The notes: generated by a model not told the origin, from the letters alone. DNA of 64,000 nt from Candidatus Aenigmatarchaeota archaeon (GCA_963726265.1 CAVSBQ010000002.1:861795-925794), one strand, 5' to 3'; counted from the stretch's first letter, positions 27,216-38,138 are shown. Translations and numbers: made by a program.

Positions 27216-30200
27216 ATGGGGAAAAAGCATTCGCCTTTCCTGTTTTTGACCGTCTCGGTCTCGATTTGCGTATTATTCCTTTTATCAAACGCTTCCCCAG
27301 TTTGGGCAGATGCAGGAACCCCCTGTACTATAAATACAAATTGCTGGGATTCAGCAACGGATAACGATGGGGGTATCGCTCCAAAAACACAAGGGGTTTG
27401 CAAAGAATATCATGACACTTGTGTAGATAAAAAATGCAAGGGAGAATTTACTACTGTGAATTTTCCTGATAGCTGTCAAAGCAGTGTCAACTTGTATGAA
27501 TATTATCCAAGTGGTATCTATTGCAGCTACGTAGGGTCACTTTGTAATGATTTTGATAATACACCTGCTTGCGGAGGAAGTGGCAATCCATGTCCGGGAT
27601 GTTTTTATTACGACTGGTCCTGCACAGGAAGCGGCACAGTTAGCAACCCCGGTTACTGCGACGATACCGCAATTAATCCCGACACCCCGCCATCAACTTA
27701 CTGCACATCTTGCGGTAAACCCTGGGGCATCGGGGGCGAGGGTGCGGGTGCTTCTGCATGCTGCGGAGACGACAGCAGCGAGAACGTATTAACATGCACC
27801 GCAACCACTCTTATTGCATGGAAGACATCGAGCTGCGATGGCAGGACCGCCTGCTGCAACCCGAGCACCGACTGCAACACCGACGACAATTGCTACGCTA
27901 CAGGATCCGACTACCAGGTCTCAAGCGGGGTTGACCAGTGGGCGTATTGCGGCAGCGGCCATACGTGGTATGATTGCGACAATTACCCGACTAGTTGTTC
28001 TGTATGCGGCTATGCCAGTACAACATGCGGCGAGGCACTCAGTGAGTGCAGCAAAGGGCAGACGGAGTGCTGCGGGGATGATGAAAATGAATATAAAAAT
28101 ACATGCAACACTGTCTCCACTGTTGACTGGACCTGCAGCGTAACAGCATGCTGTAATCCCAGCACGGACTGCGTCCAGCCTGATTACACCTGCAGCAATA
28201 CTCAGGAAGCCCATAAAACCCAGACAAGCGGCAATGACATGTGGGCGTATTGCGGCAGTGATATAAAATGGCATGACTGCGATACCTATTACTCTGATTG
28301 CGGGGCAAGCGTATGCGGAAGCGCCAGCGGGGTAAAATGCGGAGAGACTTTCGATGAGTGTGTCAAGGGACAGACGGAGTGCTGCGGCGACGATTCAACT
28401 GAGGATTATGCATACTGTCAAAAGGATTCTGCTATCACCTGGTCATGCAGCAGCTCCGACACTGCCTGCTGTAACAACCCTTCCAACTGCGTCGACCCCA
28501 CTGATCCTACATGCCATACAAGCAGCAGGGGGCATGATGTTGACGCTTCGTCCTCAATAGACAACTACGCCTACTGCGACGGCTCTACGCAGCCCGGGAC
28601 ATGGAAGGACTGCGATAGTTATCCAACGTCTGTGGGCTGCAACTGCGCCCAGCAGGCGGCAATAAGATGCGGAGAATCAGGTTTCGGGGAATGTAATTTG
28701 GGCGAGATGGAATGCTGCGGCGACGACTCGGGAGAGAATTACAGGTATTGCGAGGCCGCGGCTGGCTTCCCTGCTGTTGCCGGCGACTGCGCCTCCAGCG
28801 ACAGCGCATGCTGCAACTCGGCGACTGACTGCGTCACGACAGACGGCAGCACATGCGTGACCAGCGGTAGCACTTCCGTCGACGGCGACGGCAACGGGGA
28901 CAACGACTACTGCAATGCAGGGACGTGGTATGACTGCAGCGACGCCACCAACAACCAGTGCCCGGTGGGATACATGTGCAGCGTTTCTGATGACTGCGTC
29001 CTTGATACGACGCCGCCAACGGTCTCGGTCAGCGGAGCCCCGGCGAGCTGGCAGAAGACCGACGCGACCGCAAGCGTCGTATGCAGCGATTCCTACAGCG
29101 GCTGCGACGTCACGAGCTACAAACTACTCACATACGCTTCAAACCCAGGCTCATGCCCCACCACCTACAGCAGCTACACCCTGACCAGCCCGCAGACCGT
29201 CTCCAGCCACGTCTGGGTATGCGCGGCCGCTAAGGATAACGCGGGCAATGACGGGTTTTCAAGCCCGACGGAATTCAAGGTAGACAAGACGCTGCCAGTC
29301 ACAAGCATAACCTGCAACGGGGCGGCCTGCGCATCTTCATGGTATACGGCGAACGTCGCCATCGTGCTTTCATGCACTGACACCGGAGGCAGCGGATGCG
29401 CATCGACTTACTATTGCGTGGACCAGAGCGACGCCTGCACACCCTCGACGGCGTATTCATCTTCATTTGCCGTCTCCACAGAGGGGACGAATTACGTGAG
29501 GTATTATTCGACGGACGCCGCGACGAATGCAGAGGCGGTCAAATCGCAGACGGTCCGCCTAGACAAGTCAGCTCCGACCGTATCGGTCAGCGGAGCCCCA
29601 TCGAATTGGCAGAACACGGACGCCAGCGCAGCGGTCTCATGCTCAGACCCTTACAGCGGCTGCGACGCAGCGACGTACAGGCTGAGAAGCTCTTCATCAA
29701 ACCCCGGCGCGTGCTCGCAGACATACGCTGATTACACGCTCACCAGCCCCCAGACAATTTCAAGCCACCAGTGGCTCTGCGCCGCGGCGAAGGACGCCGC
29801 GAGCAATACAGGGTTTTCAACACCATCCGAATTCAGGATCGACAAGATAAACCCGGTCGCCTCCATAACCGACGAGTCGACAATCTGGATTAGTTCTGAC
29901 GTGATAACCCTCAGCTGCACGGACACCGGCGACTCTGCCTGCGTGACGACGAAATGGTATTATTTCGACGCGGACGGCGTCTGCGCGACGACGAAGGCGA
30001 GTTACACGCTTTCCACCACGGCCGCGACCATAACGGTTAACACGAACCACAACGACTGGCTGTGCCTGTGGGTCGAGGACAATGCAGGCAACCACGACAC
30101 CGACGTCTCCTCGCAGTTGCTCGTCGACGTCAACGCGCCATCCACGGTTATAGACGAGGACGGAGGCGACTACACCGGCTACAACGTGACGGCATTCAAC

Positions 30201-32707
30201 CTCACGTGCTCCGATACGGGCGGCTCGGGCTGCAACAAGACTTACTATAAAATTGTGAACGCCACCGACAGCTGCGGCACAACGGGCTTCACCGTCGTCA
30301 GCGCGGGTTTTGTCAAGGACAACGTGACCTGCCCCTTCGGCCAGACTTGCGACCTCAAGGTATGCTATTATTCTAATGACCGCGCGAACAATTTCGAGAC
30401 GCTGAAGCAGAGCAACTCCTTCCATCTGAAAACGAACGCCTGCCAGGGAAAGCAGTGCGGAGACGCATGTTTATACACCCAGGGCATATGCGACGGGCCT
30501 GACGGCAACTGTTACGCCAGCGGAGGATGCAGGCTCGCTTGCACAGCGCCTTCGCCGGGAACAGGGAACGAGAGGATATGGGTCACTTCCGCCTGCGGCA
30601 GGACGGGCTCCTACAAGTGCGCTGCGTCCTCAATCTGCAGCAACAGCCTCGTCTCATGCTCGGTCGGCGGCTCATCCGCGCCTGTCACTGGCGACTGGGT
30701 TTCATATTCCTATCCGACCGGCTCATACGGAACAGGAGGCTCGTTCAGCATAGCGCTTTCCGGCGTCAGCAAGAGCCCGCTGGGCTTCACCATACTTTCC
30801 GAATGCGCCGTGGTCAAATCCAACGGCAGCGTCGTCTATTTTGACAACTGGGGCACCAACGTGCTGTTCTCATATACCGTGAGGCCGGAAGACCCGGAGG
30901 GCATGTGGACCGTCGACTATTGCGGGCTGTGGTCGGACTTCGAGGGCAACGGCGGTTGGCTGCTGAAGCGCAACGACACGAACTACCAGTTCGCTGTGGA
31001 CAAGTCGCCGCCTTCCATCACCATAAACCGGCCGAAAACGAATGACGTTTATTCGGCTGACTTCACGGCGAACGCCACGGTCAGTGACACGTACTCGTCG
31101 ATTGACAAGGTATTCTATCGCTGGGAAAACACCACCAGCACCGGCGCCTGGGTAGGGATGGCGCTCAGCGGCGGCGAATACACCGCTAACTTCGACGTCG
31201 ATGTGATGGCCGACGGCGTGTATTCGGTAAGGGTCAGGGCGAACGATTCCGTCGGCAACTCCGGCAACGCCTCGGTAAGCAACGTCAGGATAGACAGGCA
31301 AGCTCCGGACATAACCATCTTCAGCCCTGCGTCAGGCTGGCACAACGCCAACTTCAGCGTGACGGCCAGGGTCACGGACAACGATGCGGTCGACCACGTC
31401 CGCTACCGCTGGGAAAACCTCACGAACTCCGGTCCCTGGAACAAAATGAGCCAGGACGCTTCCGGCAATTACACAGGCGATTTTTAACGTGCATTCCGTC
31501 TCGTCGGGCAACTACACGGTGAAGGTATGGGCCAACGACACCAAGGAACAACATCGCCGAAAAAACGGTGGACAGGGTGGGCATCGATTACGTCGCCCCC
31601 GCTTCAGCAATGACGAAGCCCGTTCCCAACACCTTCGTGATGAGCAGCGTCTTCAACATCTCATGGACAGGAAGCGACAGCCACAGCGGGGTGAAATGCT
31701 ATTACGTGACTTACAAGTATTGCGACAACGGCAACTACTACTGCCCCAATGAGCAATACAACGTCAGCTTCCCGGGAGGCAGGTGTACGACTCTGACGCA
31801 ATACGAGTTCAACCCGTCCAACGAGCTTTCGTGGGTGCAGGACTTCAACAACTACACGTTCTTCTTCAAGGCCGTCGCTTTGGACAACGCCGGCAACTAC
31901 GAATCCAAGGCGGTCTGGGAGACCAACATCACGATTTACATACCCAAGCTCGTGACCTTCGCGACCATAGAAAACACGACCAAGAACAGCATCAGGAACG
32001 GAGGCAAGGTCGCGACCAACAGGACCGTCGTCATATCTGTTAATGCTAAGGCCGACGTGACCGGCGTACTCAACATAACAGTCTACTATTCCAAGCACGC
32101 GGTCGGCGCGGCCCCGTCGGCTTGGACGCCCGTCTCCTGCCTCAACATCAGGGAGTGCAACGCCTCCATACAGATGAACCTGACCGCTGCGCAGGAAAGG
32201 ATGGAGGTCTCCTATTACATCCGGGCGGAAAACGCCAGCATGACCGAATTCCTGCCGCCCAACGCCCCGGCCGGCTACTTCTACTACACGGTCTACCTGC
32301 ATCCCATATGCAACTTCCTCGTGATGGAGGAAGTGAGGGCGATTCTCGGTTCCAACGAACTGGTAGGCATCGAGGTAAGGAACATCCAGGACAGCTACGA
32401 CAACGTCACCCTGTGGTTGATGCCCGCCTTCGCAAGGTTCGTGGAGACGGACTCGCAGAAGCTTACCGTGGCCCTGAACCCCTCGGAAGACAGGCTCATC
32501 TACGCGCGCCTCGTCCCGTCCGCGGACGACTTCATGCTCACCCTGGTCGGCAACGAGTCGCAGGCAGACCCCGAGCTTTACGACGAGGACTCAGTGCGCG
32601 TCATCCTCGGCTTCCCGCCCAACTTCTCCGAGCTCAGCGATTTCGCAGCAATAGTGCTGGTCCTGCTGGCGGGAATGCTATACTTCATATTCTTCAAGAA
32701 GGACTGA
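27216..32707 (+). CDS. giant cysteine-rich repeat surface protein (about 1,830 aa if read through two frame changes at about 31487 and about 31567) with signal peptide and C-terminal transmembrane anchor
   Basis: N-terminus MGKKHSPFLFLTVSVSICVLFLLSNASPVWA. At least four roughly 100-aa Cys-rich repeats containing ECCGDD…ACCN.S.DC…AYCGS…W.DCD. Then several roughly 95-aa beta-sandwich-like repeats starting DK(S/T/I)xP (two nearly identical at DNA level, about 29000-29300 vs 29560-29860). ORFs 31489-31752 and 31568-32707 continue the same repeat pattern in other frames. It ends …FAAIVLVLLAGMLYFIFFKKD. Confidence 0.6.
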
Positions 32708-33079
32708 AAGAAGGCCTGTTTTTGAAAATCCAAAGGAACATATATTATTAAAAATCTTCCTGCATATCTTATCTATTATGAAGATTCTGGAGTATAAAGG
32801 ATTTAGAATATGCAGGGACTCGTCTCCGTACGCAGGACAAAAAAGCCTTGAAAAACCGCCTTATTCCTTTCACGTAGACAAGAATAGCGTGCTGCATATA
32901 CATAGAAAAATCGATGACATGGTGCTTCAGATGGCCGAACATCCCATAAAAGAGATAAATGTCTCGGACAAAAAGGAAATAAGAATAATAATTGACCAGC
33001 ACGAGAGCGACCTGAGAAGCCTTTTGCAGCCTGATTGTGTGGCGGCAGTAGCTTAGAAATTCAGGATTCTATCCTGAGC

Positions 33080-34084
33080 CTAGAACTCAACCCTGAACCT
33101 CAAAAACCCGGCTATCCCTCCGATGTGCAGGAACTGCTCCCCGAGCTCGTGGTCTGCTGCTATTATGACGACTGCGCCTGCCATCTTCTCCTCCTCGTCC
33201 ATCAGCCGCTCGAACTCGTTCACCTTCTCCTGCGCCACGAAAAGCGTCTCGACCGCGCCCATGCGAATCGCCTTTTCCGTCTCTTTCGCTCCGTACACGA
33301 CGAGCCCGTCCGTCTTCATGCGCTTCAGGATTTCGTTGACGTACCCGGCTTCCCTGGCCACGCGCGTCTCCCTGAGAAGCCTGTTCGCCGACTTCTTGAG
33401 GACCTCCTGCACGCCGTTCATGCCCGTCGCGCTCGCATGCTCGATTATGATTTTCCTCGCCAACTCTTTGTCCTTCGCAGTCACGTACCGCAGCAAATTC
33501 TCGCGCTCGAAGCCCGGCCCCGCCACGACGATGGTCTGCACCTCCTGGCCCCTGAGATACGAGATTATCTTGTCGTAATACTTTTCCATGTTCTCGCGGT
33601 CGTAGTTCTCTATCCGCGCCTTCATCTCCACGCCCGACTCGCGGAGGACTGCGAAGTCCGCTTCTTCCCTGTCGAGCACGCATACCATGAAATTCGCTTT
33701 CGCCACCTTCGCCTTCTCCAGCCTGTCGAGCTGGTGCGCCTTCCAGCGCTTCTTCTGCACCGTCACCACCGAGCCCGCCTCGACCTGAAGCGAATGGTAG
33801 GAGTTCATGGGGACGTCTTCCGGCCCAGCCACAATCGGCCCGCTCAGCCTGAGCACGCCCGAATCGCGGTGGAACTCCATCTTCTCGAGTTTGATGGTCA
33901 GCATCATCGGCTTCTTATCGCCGTATTCGTATTCCCCACCTCGTTTGACCGAGGCCTTGCGGAAGGTCCTGGAGGTAACCATGTCGCCAACTTCGAGCAC
34001 GCGCTCCAGATGCCACATGTCTTCCGGCGACTCCACCTGGACCTTGACCTTCTGTTCCCTCATGTCCCTGTTCAGGATTTTCAT
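33080..34084 (-). CDS. pelA: protein pelota homologue (Dom34-like mRNA surveillance factor)
   Basis: MKILNRDMREQKVKVQVESPEDMWHLERVLEVGDMV… N-domain; central and eRF1-like C-domains. Confidence 0.85.
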   Translation of the reverse strand: MKILNRDMREQKVKVQVESPEDMWHLERVLEVGDMVTSRTFRKASVKRGGEYEYGDKKPMMLTIKLEKMEFHRDSGVLRLSGPIVAGPEDVPMNSYHSLQVEAGSVVTVQKKRWKAHQLDRLEKAKVAKANFMVCVLDREEADFAVLRESGVEMKARIENYDRENMEKYYDKIISYLRGQEVQTIVVAGPGFERENLLRYVTAKDKELARKIIIEHASATGMNGVQEVLKKSANRLLRETRVAREAGYVNEILKRMKTDGLVVYGAKETEKAIRMGAVETLFVAQEKVNEFERLMDEEEKMAGAVVIIAADHELGEQFLHIGGIAGFLRFRVEF

Positions 34085-34148
34085 GAGTCCACTACACCTT
34101 TCTATTCCATTTCGACTAAAATACGCAGATTATTATGTGGTTTTAGCA

Positions 34149-34454
34149 TCATTCGTCCATTTCAGCCAAGAAAGCATCGATAATTTTTATACGGGAGGGC
34201 TCCGTGTCGCTTAAAGTTTCTACAGCCTGCAAAGCTGTCAAATATCGGGTCTGAGAAAAGCCAGCATTGAGGACTTTTTTCAATTTTACCCTTTCTGCTT
34301 TAGTGAAAAAAGGCAGCGCTTCTATTAGCATATTACCATGGGTCTCAATCTGGTTTGGTACACTGCCTTTTCGCAATTCTTGCAATTCAGTCAGGTAAAT
34401 GCCCAAAATACCATACCTGAGCTCTTTAAGTTTTTCAGGGTTGTATTTTCCCAT
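34149..34454 (-). CDS. hypothetical protein (101 aa)
   Basis: ORF only. Helical; no motif recognised. Confidence 0.3.
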   Translation of the reverse strand: MGKYNPEKLKELRYGILGIYLTELQELRKGSVPNQIETHGNMLIEALPFFTKAERVKLKKVLNAGFSQTRYLTALQAVETLSDTEPSRIKIIDAFLAEMDE

Positions 34455-34552
34455 AATAGACTCTCTGGATGCTTAAATTTAAAAGGCTTCTGGATCAGCA
34501 GAATCAGACTCTAAAAATAAAGATTTAAAGTATTGCCCCAATAGAAATTAAT

Positions 34553-35698
34553 ATGGACGAGTTTGTCGTTCTGCTGATAATCGCGGTAGTGATAATAGGC
34601 GCTTTCATGGTCATCGGTACGCCTTTAGCCAACTGGGCCGAGGGCAACTGGACCACGGGCGGCGCAACAGGGAATTACAAGTCCCTTGCCACCTTCGACT
34701 TGGGCAGGGTCGGCCTGTCCGACACCGAGGTCTCGAGGACGCTTAATTTCGGCTCGTTCACCCTTGGCCAGGACCAGGAGCAGTCGCTCAAGGAGATGAC
34801 CACGCTCAGCGTCTCGCAAGGCTATTTCGGCAGCGATTCGAAGAAGTTCGACATCGCTATCGACGAGAACATCCTCAACAACCTCAAGGACGTTAAAATA
34901 TCGTTTGACATGGGAGAGACGAACCTGTACGGCAACCTCATTTTCAAGTGGAATGACAAGGTCGTTTTCGACAAGCTGGCGAACCTCAACCACTATGACA
35001 TCATAATCGAGCCAGGCGACGTCGAGGCCGATAACACGCTCGTCATCGCCGCGGCGACGCCAGGCATGTATTTCTGGGCCGCAACCACATACAGCATGAA
35101 GGATTTCAAGGTCGTCGCGGAATACGGGCCCGAGAAGTTCGCCTCGTTCAAGGTCTACCCGAACGAAATCGAGGGATGGAACAAGGGCGTCCTGAGCTTC
35201 CACACCAACAATGCGCAGGCTGCGCAGCTGAGCATAAAACTCAACGGCCAGCAGATATACAGCGCGACCAGCCCCGGTTCTCAGGTCACCAAGGAGTTCC
35301 AGTATTCGGAAATCGGGAACGCCATACGCATCGGCGACAACGTCATCTCGTTCAAGTCCACGGGTTCGCTGGCGCTCAGCGACGTGCAATTCGTAATCAG
35401 TCTCGCAGCCGGCTCGGCAATCAAGGAGAGAGGCTTCAACGTTTCAAGCGCCGACAAGGGCCTGCTGGCCGGGAAAGGCAAGGGCAAAATCGAGTTCACG
35501 GTCGACAGCGTCGACCGCCAGGGCGTCCTTATCATAAAGCTCAACAGCAACCAGCTCAACATACAGTCCGTGCGTGCAGGAGTGAACACGGTTGACTTCG
35601 CATCCAGCGACGTTTTCGAGGGCGCGAACACCGTGACCTTCAGCAGCGGCACGGGCAGCTGGGACATCAACGGCGTCAAGGTGGGTATCGCATACTAG
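34553..35698 (+). CDS. N-terminally membrane-anchored extracellular protein (381 aa), hypothetical
   Basis: MDEFVVLLIIAVVIIGAFMVIG hydrophobic N-terminus, then a Thr/Gly/Asn-rich beta-type sequence. No family recognised. Confidence 0.45.
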   Translation: MDEFVVLLIIAVVIIGAFMVIGTPLANWAEGNWTTGGATGNYKSLATFDLGRVGLSDTEVSRTLNFGSFTLGQDQEQSLKEMTTLSVSQGYFGSDSKKFDIAIDENILNNLKDVKISFDMGETNLYGNLIFKWNDKVVFDKLANLNHYDIIIEPGDVEADNTLVIAAATPGMYFWAATTYSMKDFKVVAEYGPEKFASFKVYPNEIEGWNKGVLSFHTNNAQAAQLSIKLNGQQIYSATSPGSQVTKEFQYSEIGNAIRIGDNVISFKSTGSLALSDVQFVISLAAGSAIKERGFNVSSADKGLLAGKGKGKIEFTVDSVDRQGVLIIKLNSNQLNIQSVRAGVNTVDFASSDVFEGANTVTFSSGTGSWDINGVKVGIAY

Positions 35699-35741
35699 CA
35701 TAGCGTATTAATCCAAGTGAATGCCAGCACCAAGCGAGTAA

Positions 35742-36143
35742 GTGAGTAAGCGAGTGCGTATTTCTATGGCTGAGTGCGAGGTCTGCGGCAAGGAGTCCGC
35801 GAACAAGCGAGCCGAGATAGACGGCGTCATTCTCGAGGTCTGCGACAACTGCGTGAAGCTCGGCAAGGAAGTCGCCCCTCCAAGACCCATTTTCATCAGG
35901 CAAGCAGTCGCGAAAACTCCAAAACCAGAGTCCATCGAAAGCGAACGCGAGCTCGCAAGCGATTTCTCAACACGAATAAGAAAAGCGCGAGAGCAAAGGA
36001 ATCTCACCCAGGACGAAGCAGCGATGAAGATGGGCATCTCCCATCTTATTTACAAGCGCATCGAGGGCGGCTTCAAGCCCGACGACTCAACAGCAAAAAG
36101 GCTCGAGAGGTTTTACAGCATCGAGCTGTATGCGAAGAACTAG
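35742..36143 (+). CDS. mbf1: multiprotein-bridging factor 1 homologue (zinc ribbon plus Cro/C1-type HTH)
   Basis: CEVCGKE…CDNC zinc ribbon followed by …RIRKAREQRNLTQDEAAMKMGISHLIYKRIEGG… HTH_XRE. Confidence 0.75.
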   Translation: MSKRVRISMAECEVCGKESANKRAEIDGVILEVCDNCVKLGKEVAPPRPIFIRQAVAKTPKPESIESERELASDFSTRIRKAREQRNLTQDEAAMKMGISHLIYKRIEGGFKPDDSTAKRLERFYSIELYAKN

Positions 36144-36172
36144 TTTTTAAAATCAAATAATTTACTAATATT

Positions 36173-36796
36173 ATGAATAAAAATAAACAAATAAAAAATA
36201 AGGTTTCTGAACTACAGCGATCCGTTCATATAGTCAATGAAAAAGGCTTTTTTAAAGACCCAATCAGGGTATCAAATATTCTCACTTCCGTATTGATTAT
36301 TGTTACAATATCTTCAGTAATTGCTACTTGTGGTATCATTTCTCTAACTAGATCTCTTGAAAATACACGACAGAAAGAGCTAATTGTTTCTAAAGTGCAA
36401 TTTGTCGATAAGCTCATACTTGAACTAAAGGAAAACGAGGGCAAATTGGAACACTTAAATAAAAGTCTCGATGAATTTAGGGATAATAACGCCAACCCAA
36501 TCGATACAATTTCGATTGTTATGTTAGAAAATTCGTTTGATTTTATAGATGATAAAGAATTAGTTCAAGATATATTCGCATATTTGACAGGGTTTAGGCT
36601 ACTGAAAAAAGACATTGAATATCTCCCAGTCGGAGATATGATAGTTAAAAATGATACAATAACTAAAACACGAGACAACCTTAACGGCTTATTGGCTGGA
36701 GCCAAAAATTATGATGGCCACGTGATATATGGCATTTCCAAATTAATTGAAAAATTAGAAAGTTATAAATCTAAATTAGAAAATCAATCATTGTAA
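36173..36796 (+). CDS. hypothetical membrane-anchored protein encoded by an AT-rich (about 33% GC) gene
   Basis: Strong compositional contrast with flanks. One predicted TM helix (ILTSVLIIVTISSVIATCGIISL), coiled-coil rest. Confidence 0.4.
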   Translation: MNKNKQIKNKVSELQRSVHIVNEKGFFKDPIRVSNILTSVLIIVTISSVIATCGIISLTRSLENTRQKELIVSKVQFVDKLILELKENEGKLEHLNKSLDEFRDNNANPIDTISIVMLENSFDFIDDKELVQDIFAYLTGFRLLKKDIEYLPVGDMIVKNDTITKTRDNLNGLLAGAKNYDGHVIYGISKLIEKLESYKSKLENQSL

Positions 36797-36799
36797 TTT

Positions 36800-36858
36800 T
36801 TACTCCCCAACCACCTGCACCACTATCTCCCTCTCCCTCGGTCTCGTATCGAGGTCGC
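36800..36858 (-). other. displaced duplicate of the 3' end of the yjbQ-family gene (encodes …DLDTRPREREIVVQVVGE-stop); direct repeat copy 1
   Basis: Reverse-strand translation of 36800-36858 parallels the real YjbQ C-terminus …DFDTRPRNREIVVQIIGD-stop at 37666-37725. Nucleotide identity is about 80% over roughly 40 bp. Confidence 0.55.
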
Positions 36859-36895
36859 GCCAATAAAACGAAATTAACTTTATAAACCACTACTA

Positions 36896-36980
36896 CCTAT
36901 AAACTTATAGGTATATAGAGATAAATGAACAGTGAAAATCCGTTCATGCTAAGTGAACATTTTGTTCATTTATGATGAAC
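36896..36980 (+). promoter_or_regulatory. cluster of inverted repeats upstream of the putative TA operon: CCTATAAACTTATAGG (36896-36911), ATGAAC-N11-GTTCAT (36925-36947), TGAACATTTTGTTCA (36954-36968), GTTCAT-N5-TGAAC (36964-36980)
   Basis: Read directly from sequence. Recurring TGAAC/GTTCA half-sites suggest a dimeric repressor operator. Confidence 0.4.
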
Positions 36981-37001
36981 AGTTAAAGATAGAAAAGAAA
37001 T

Positions 37002-37343
37002 ATGCAAAAGAATATGCTCGCGCATGCCCAAGCTGCGCATGGCAGGGGAAGCGAGAAGGAATGGCATATAGAATTCAGCTGCAAGGTGGCGCATTACCCG
37101 AGGCTCGACACGGTCATCATGGTAGCGGAAGCCATAAAGAAGATAGGTCCGTGCACGAAGACCGAACTTTCAAGGAAGCTGAAGAAGGAGGTAATGTGGC
37201 CTACGCTGACCGTGATACTGGATTATTTCGAGACCATGGGCTTCATCGTCAAGGACAAGGCAGGAAGGATAGTCTGGATATACAATCCCGAGATGGTCAG
37301 GAAGTATGCGAAGAGAAAGGATCTTGAATGGAAGCCAAGATAA
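37002..37343 (+). CDS. putative antitoxin/regulator with winged-helix-like region
   Basis: 113-aa basic protein (…MVAEAIKKIGPCTKTELSRKLKKEVMWPTLTVILDYFETMGFIVKDKAGRIVW…). Overlaps the downstream RelE-like gene by 16 nt. Confidence 0.4.
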   Translation: MQKNMLAHAQAAHGRGSEKEWHIEFSCKVAHYPRLDTVIMVAEAIKKIGPCTKTELSRKLKKEVMWPTLTVILDYFETMGFIVKDKAGRIVWIYNPEMVRKYAKRKDLEWKPR

Positions 37344-37657
37344 TATTTGCCGACAAAAAGCTGAAAGAAGAATACGAGTCGCTTGAGCACAGCGCGGAAT
37401 TCGGCTGGCTTTACAAAGCGCTTAACAGAGCGTTCGCTGACATAATGGATAAGCCTTCCATCGGCGTACCGCTCAAGAAAAACAGGATACCGAAAGACCT
37501 AGCACGCAAAAAGATAGACAACATCTGGAAATACGATTTGCCAAGCGGATGGCGACTTTTGTATTCGCTTGGCCGTGAAGGCATAACGATAATAGCGCTT
37601 GTTCTGGAGTGGTGCGACCACGACGGTTATCAGAAGAGATACAGTGGCAGGAAATAA
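37328..37657 (+). CDS. RelE/ParE-fold (YoeB-like) putative toxin
   Basis: IIFADKKLKEEYESLE…KPSIGVPLKKNRIPKDLARKKIDNIWKYDLPSGWRLLYSL…ITIIALVLEWCDHDGY matches RelE/YoeB secondary-structure order and conserved aromatic/basic positions (…W+Y.L..gWRllY…lvL.w..H..Y). Confidence 0.5.
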   Translation: MEAKIIFADKKLKEEYESLEHSAEFGWLYKALNRAFADIMDKPSIGVPLKKNRIPKDLARKKIDNIWKYDLPSGWRLLYSLGREGITIIALVLEWCDHDGYQKRYSGRK

Positions 37658-37665
37658 GATGCTTT

Positions 37666-38082
37666 TCAGTCTCCGATTATTTGCACTACTATTTCCCTAT
37701 TACGCGGCCTCGTATCGAAGTCCAAAAGAGCGATTTGCTGCCACGTGCCTAACAGGAGCTTGCGGTTCTCAAAGGGGACTGTGATGCCCGGCTTCATGAG
37801 GCATGCGCGGACATGCGCGCTGCCGTTGTCGTCGTGCCATGTTTTGTGATGCTCGTAATCTGCGCCTTCTGGGGCGATTTTGTTTAGGGCGCGCTTGATG
37901 TCCTTGATGAGGTTTGGTTCGTATTCTAATGTCGAGATGGAAGCGGTCGAGCCGCTGACGAAGACGCAGGCTATGCCTGACTTGATTTTGGACTTGCGAA
38001 TGATGTCTGCGACTTCTGCCGTGATGTCTATGATGTCCGTCGCGCCTTTCGTGCTGACTGAGAACCTTGAAGTTTCCGCCAT
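37666..38082 (-). CDS. YjbQ/UPF0047-family protein (secondary thiamine-phosphate synthase-like fold)
   Basis: From internal MAETSRFSVSTKG…DIIDITAEV…CVFVSGSTASISTLEYEP…ADYEHHKTWHDDNGSAHVRACLMKPGITVPFENRKLLLGTWQQIALLDFDTRPRNREIVV. The longer upstream extension in the ORF track is unlikely to be real. Confidence 0.75.
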   Translation of the reverse strand: MAETSRFSVSTKGATDIIDITAEVADIIRKSKIKSGIACVFVSGSTASISTLEYEPNLIKDIKRALNKIAPEGADYEHHKTWHDDNGSAHVRACLMKPGITVPFENRKLLLGTWQQIALLDFDTRPRNREIVVQIIGD

Positions 38083-38138
38083 GATGCCCACGTCAATTAA
38101 TAGGAAGCAAGGAAATAATAAAATATGGAGCGACACGC

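Noticed and set aside
32778-33056. 92-aa ORF in an AT-rich spacer between the giant surface protein and pelota
   Set aside because: No motif and ambiguous start; it could be real but the evidence is only an open frame, so it is not listed as a feature.
33035-34183. 382-aa + strand ORF opposite pelota
   Set aside because: Antisense to a clearly conserved pelota gene.
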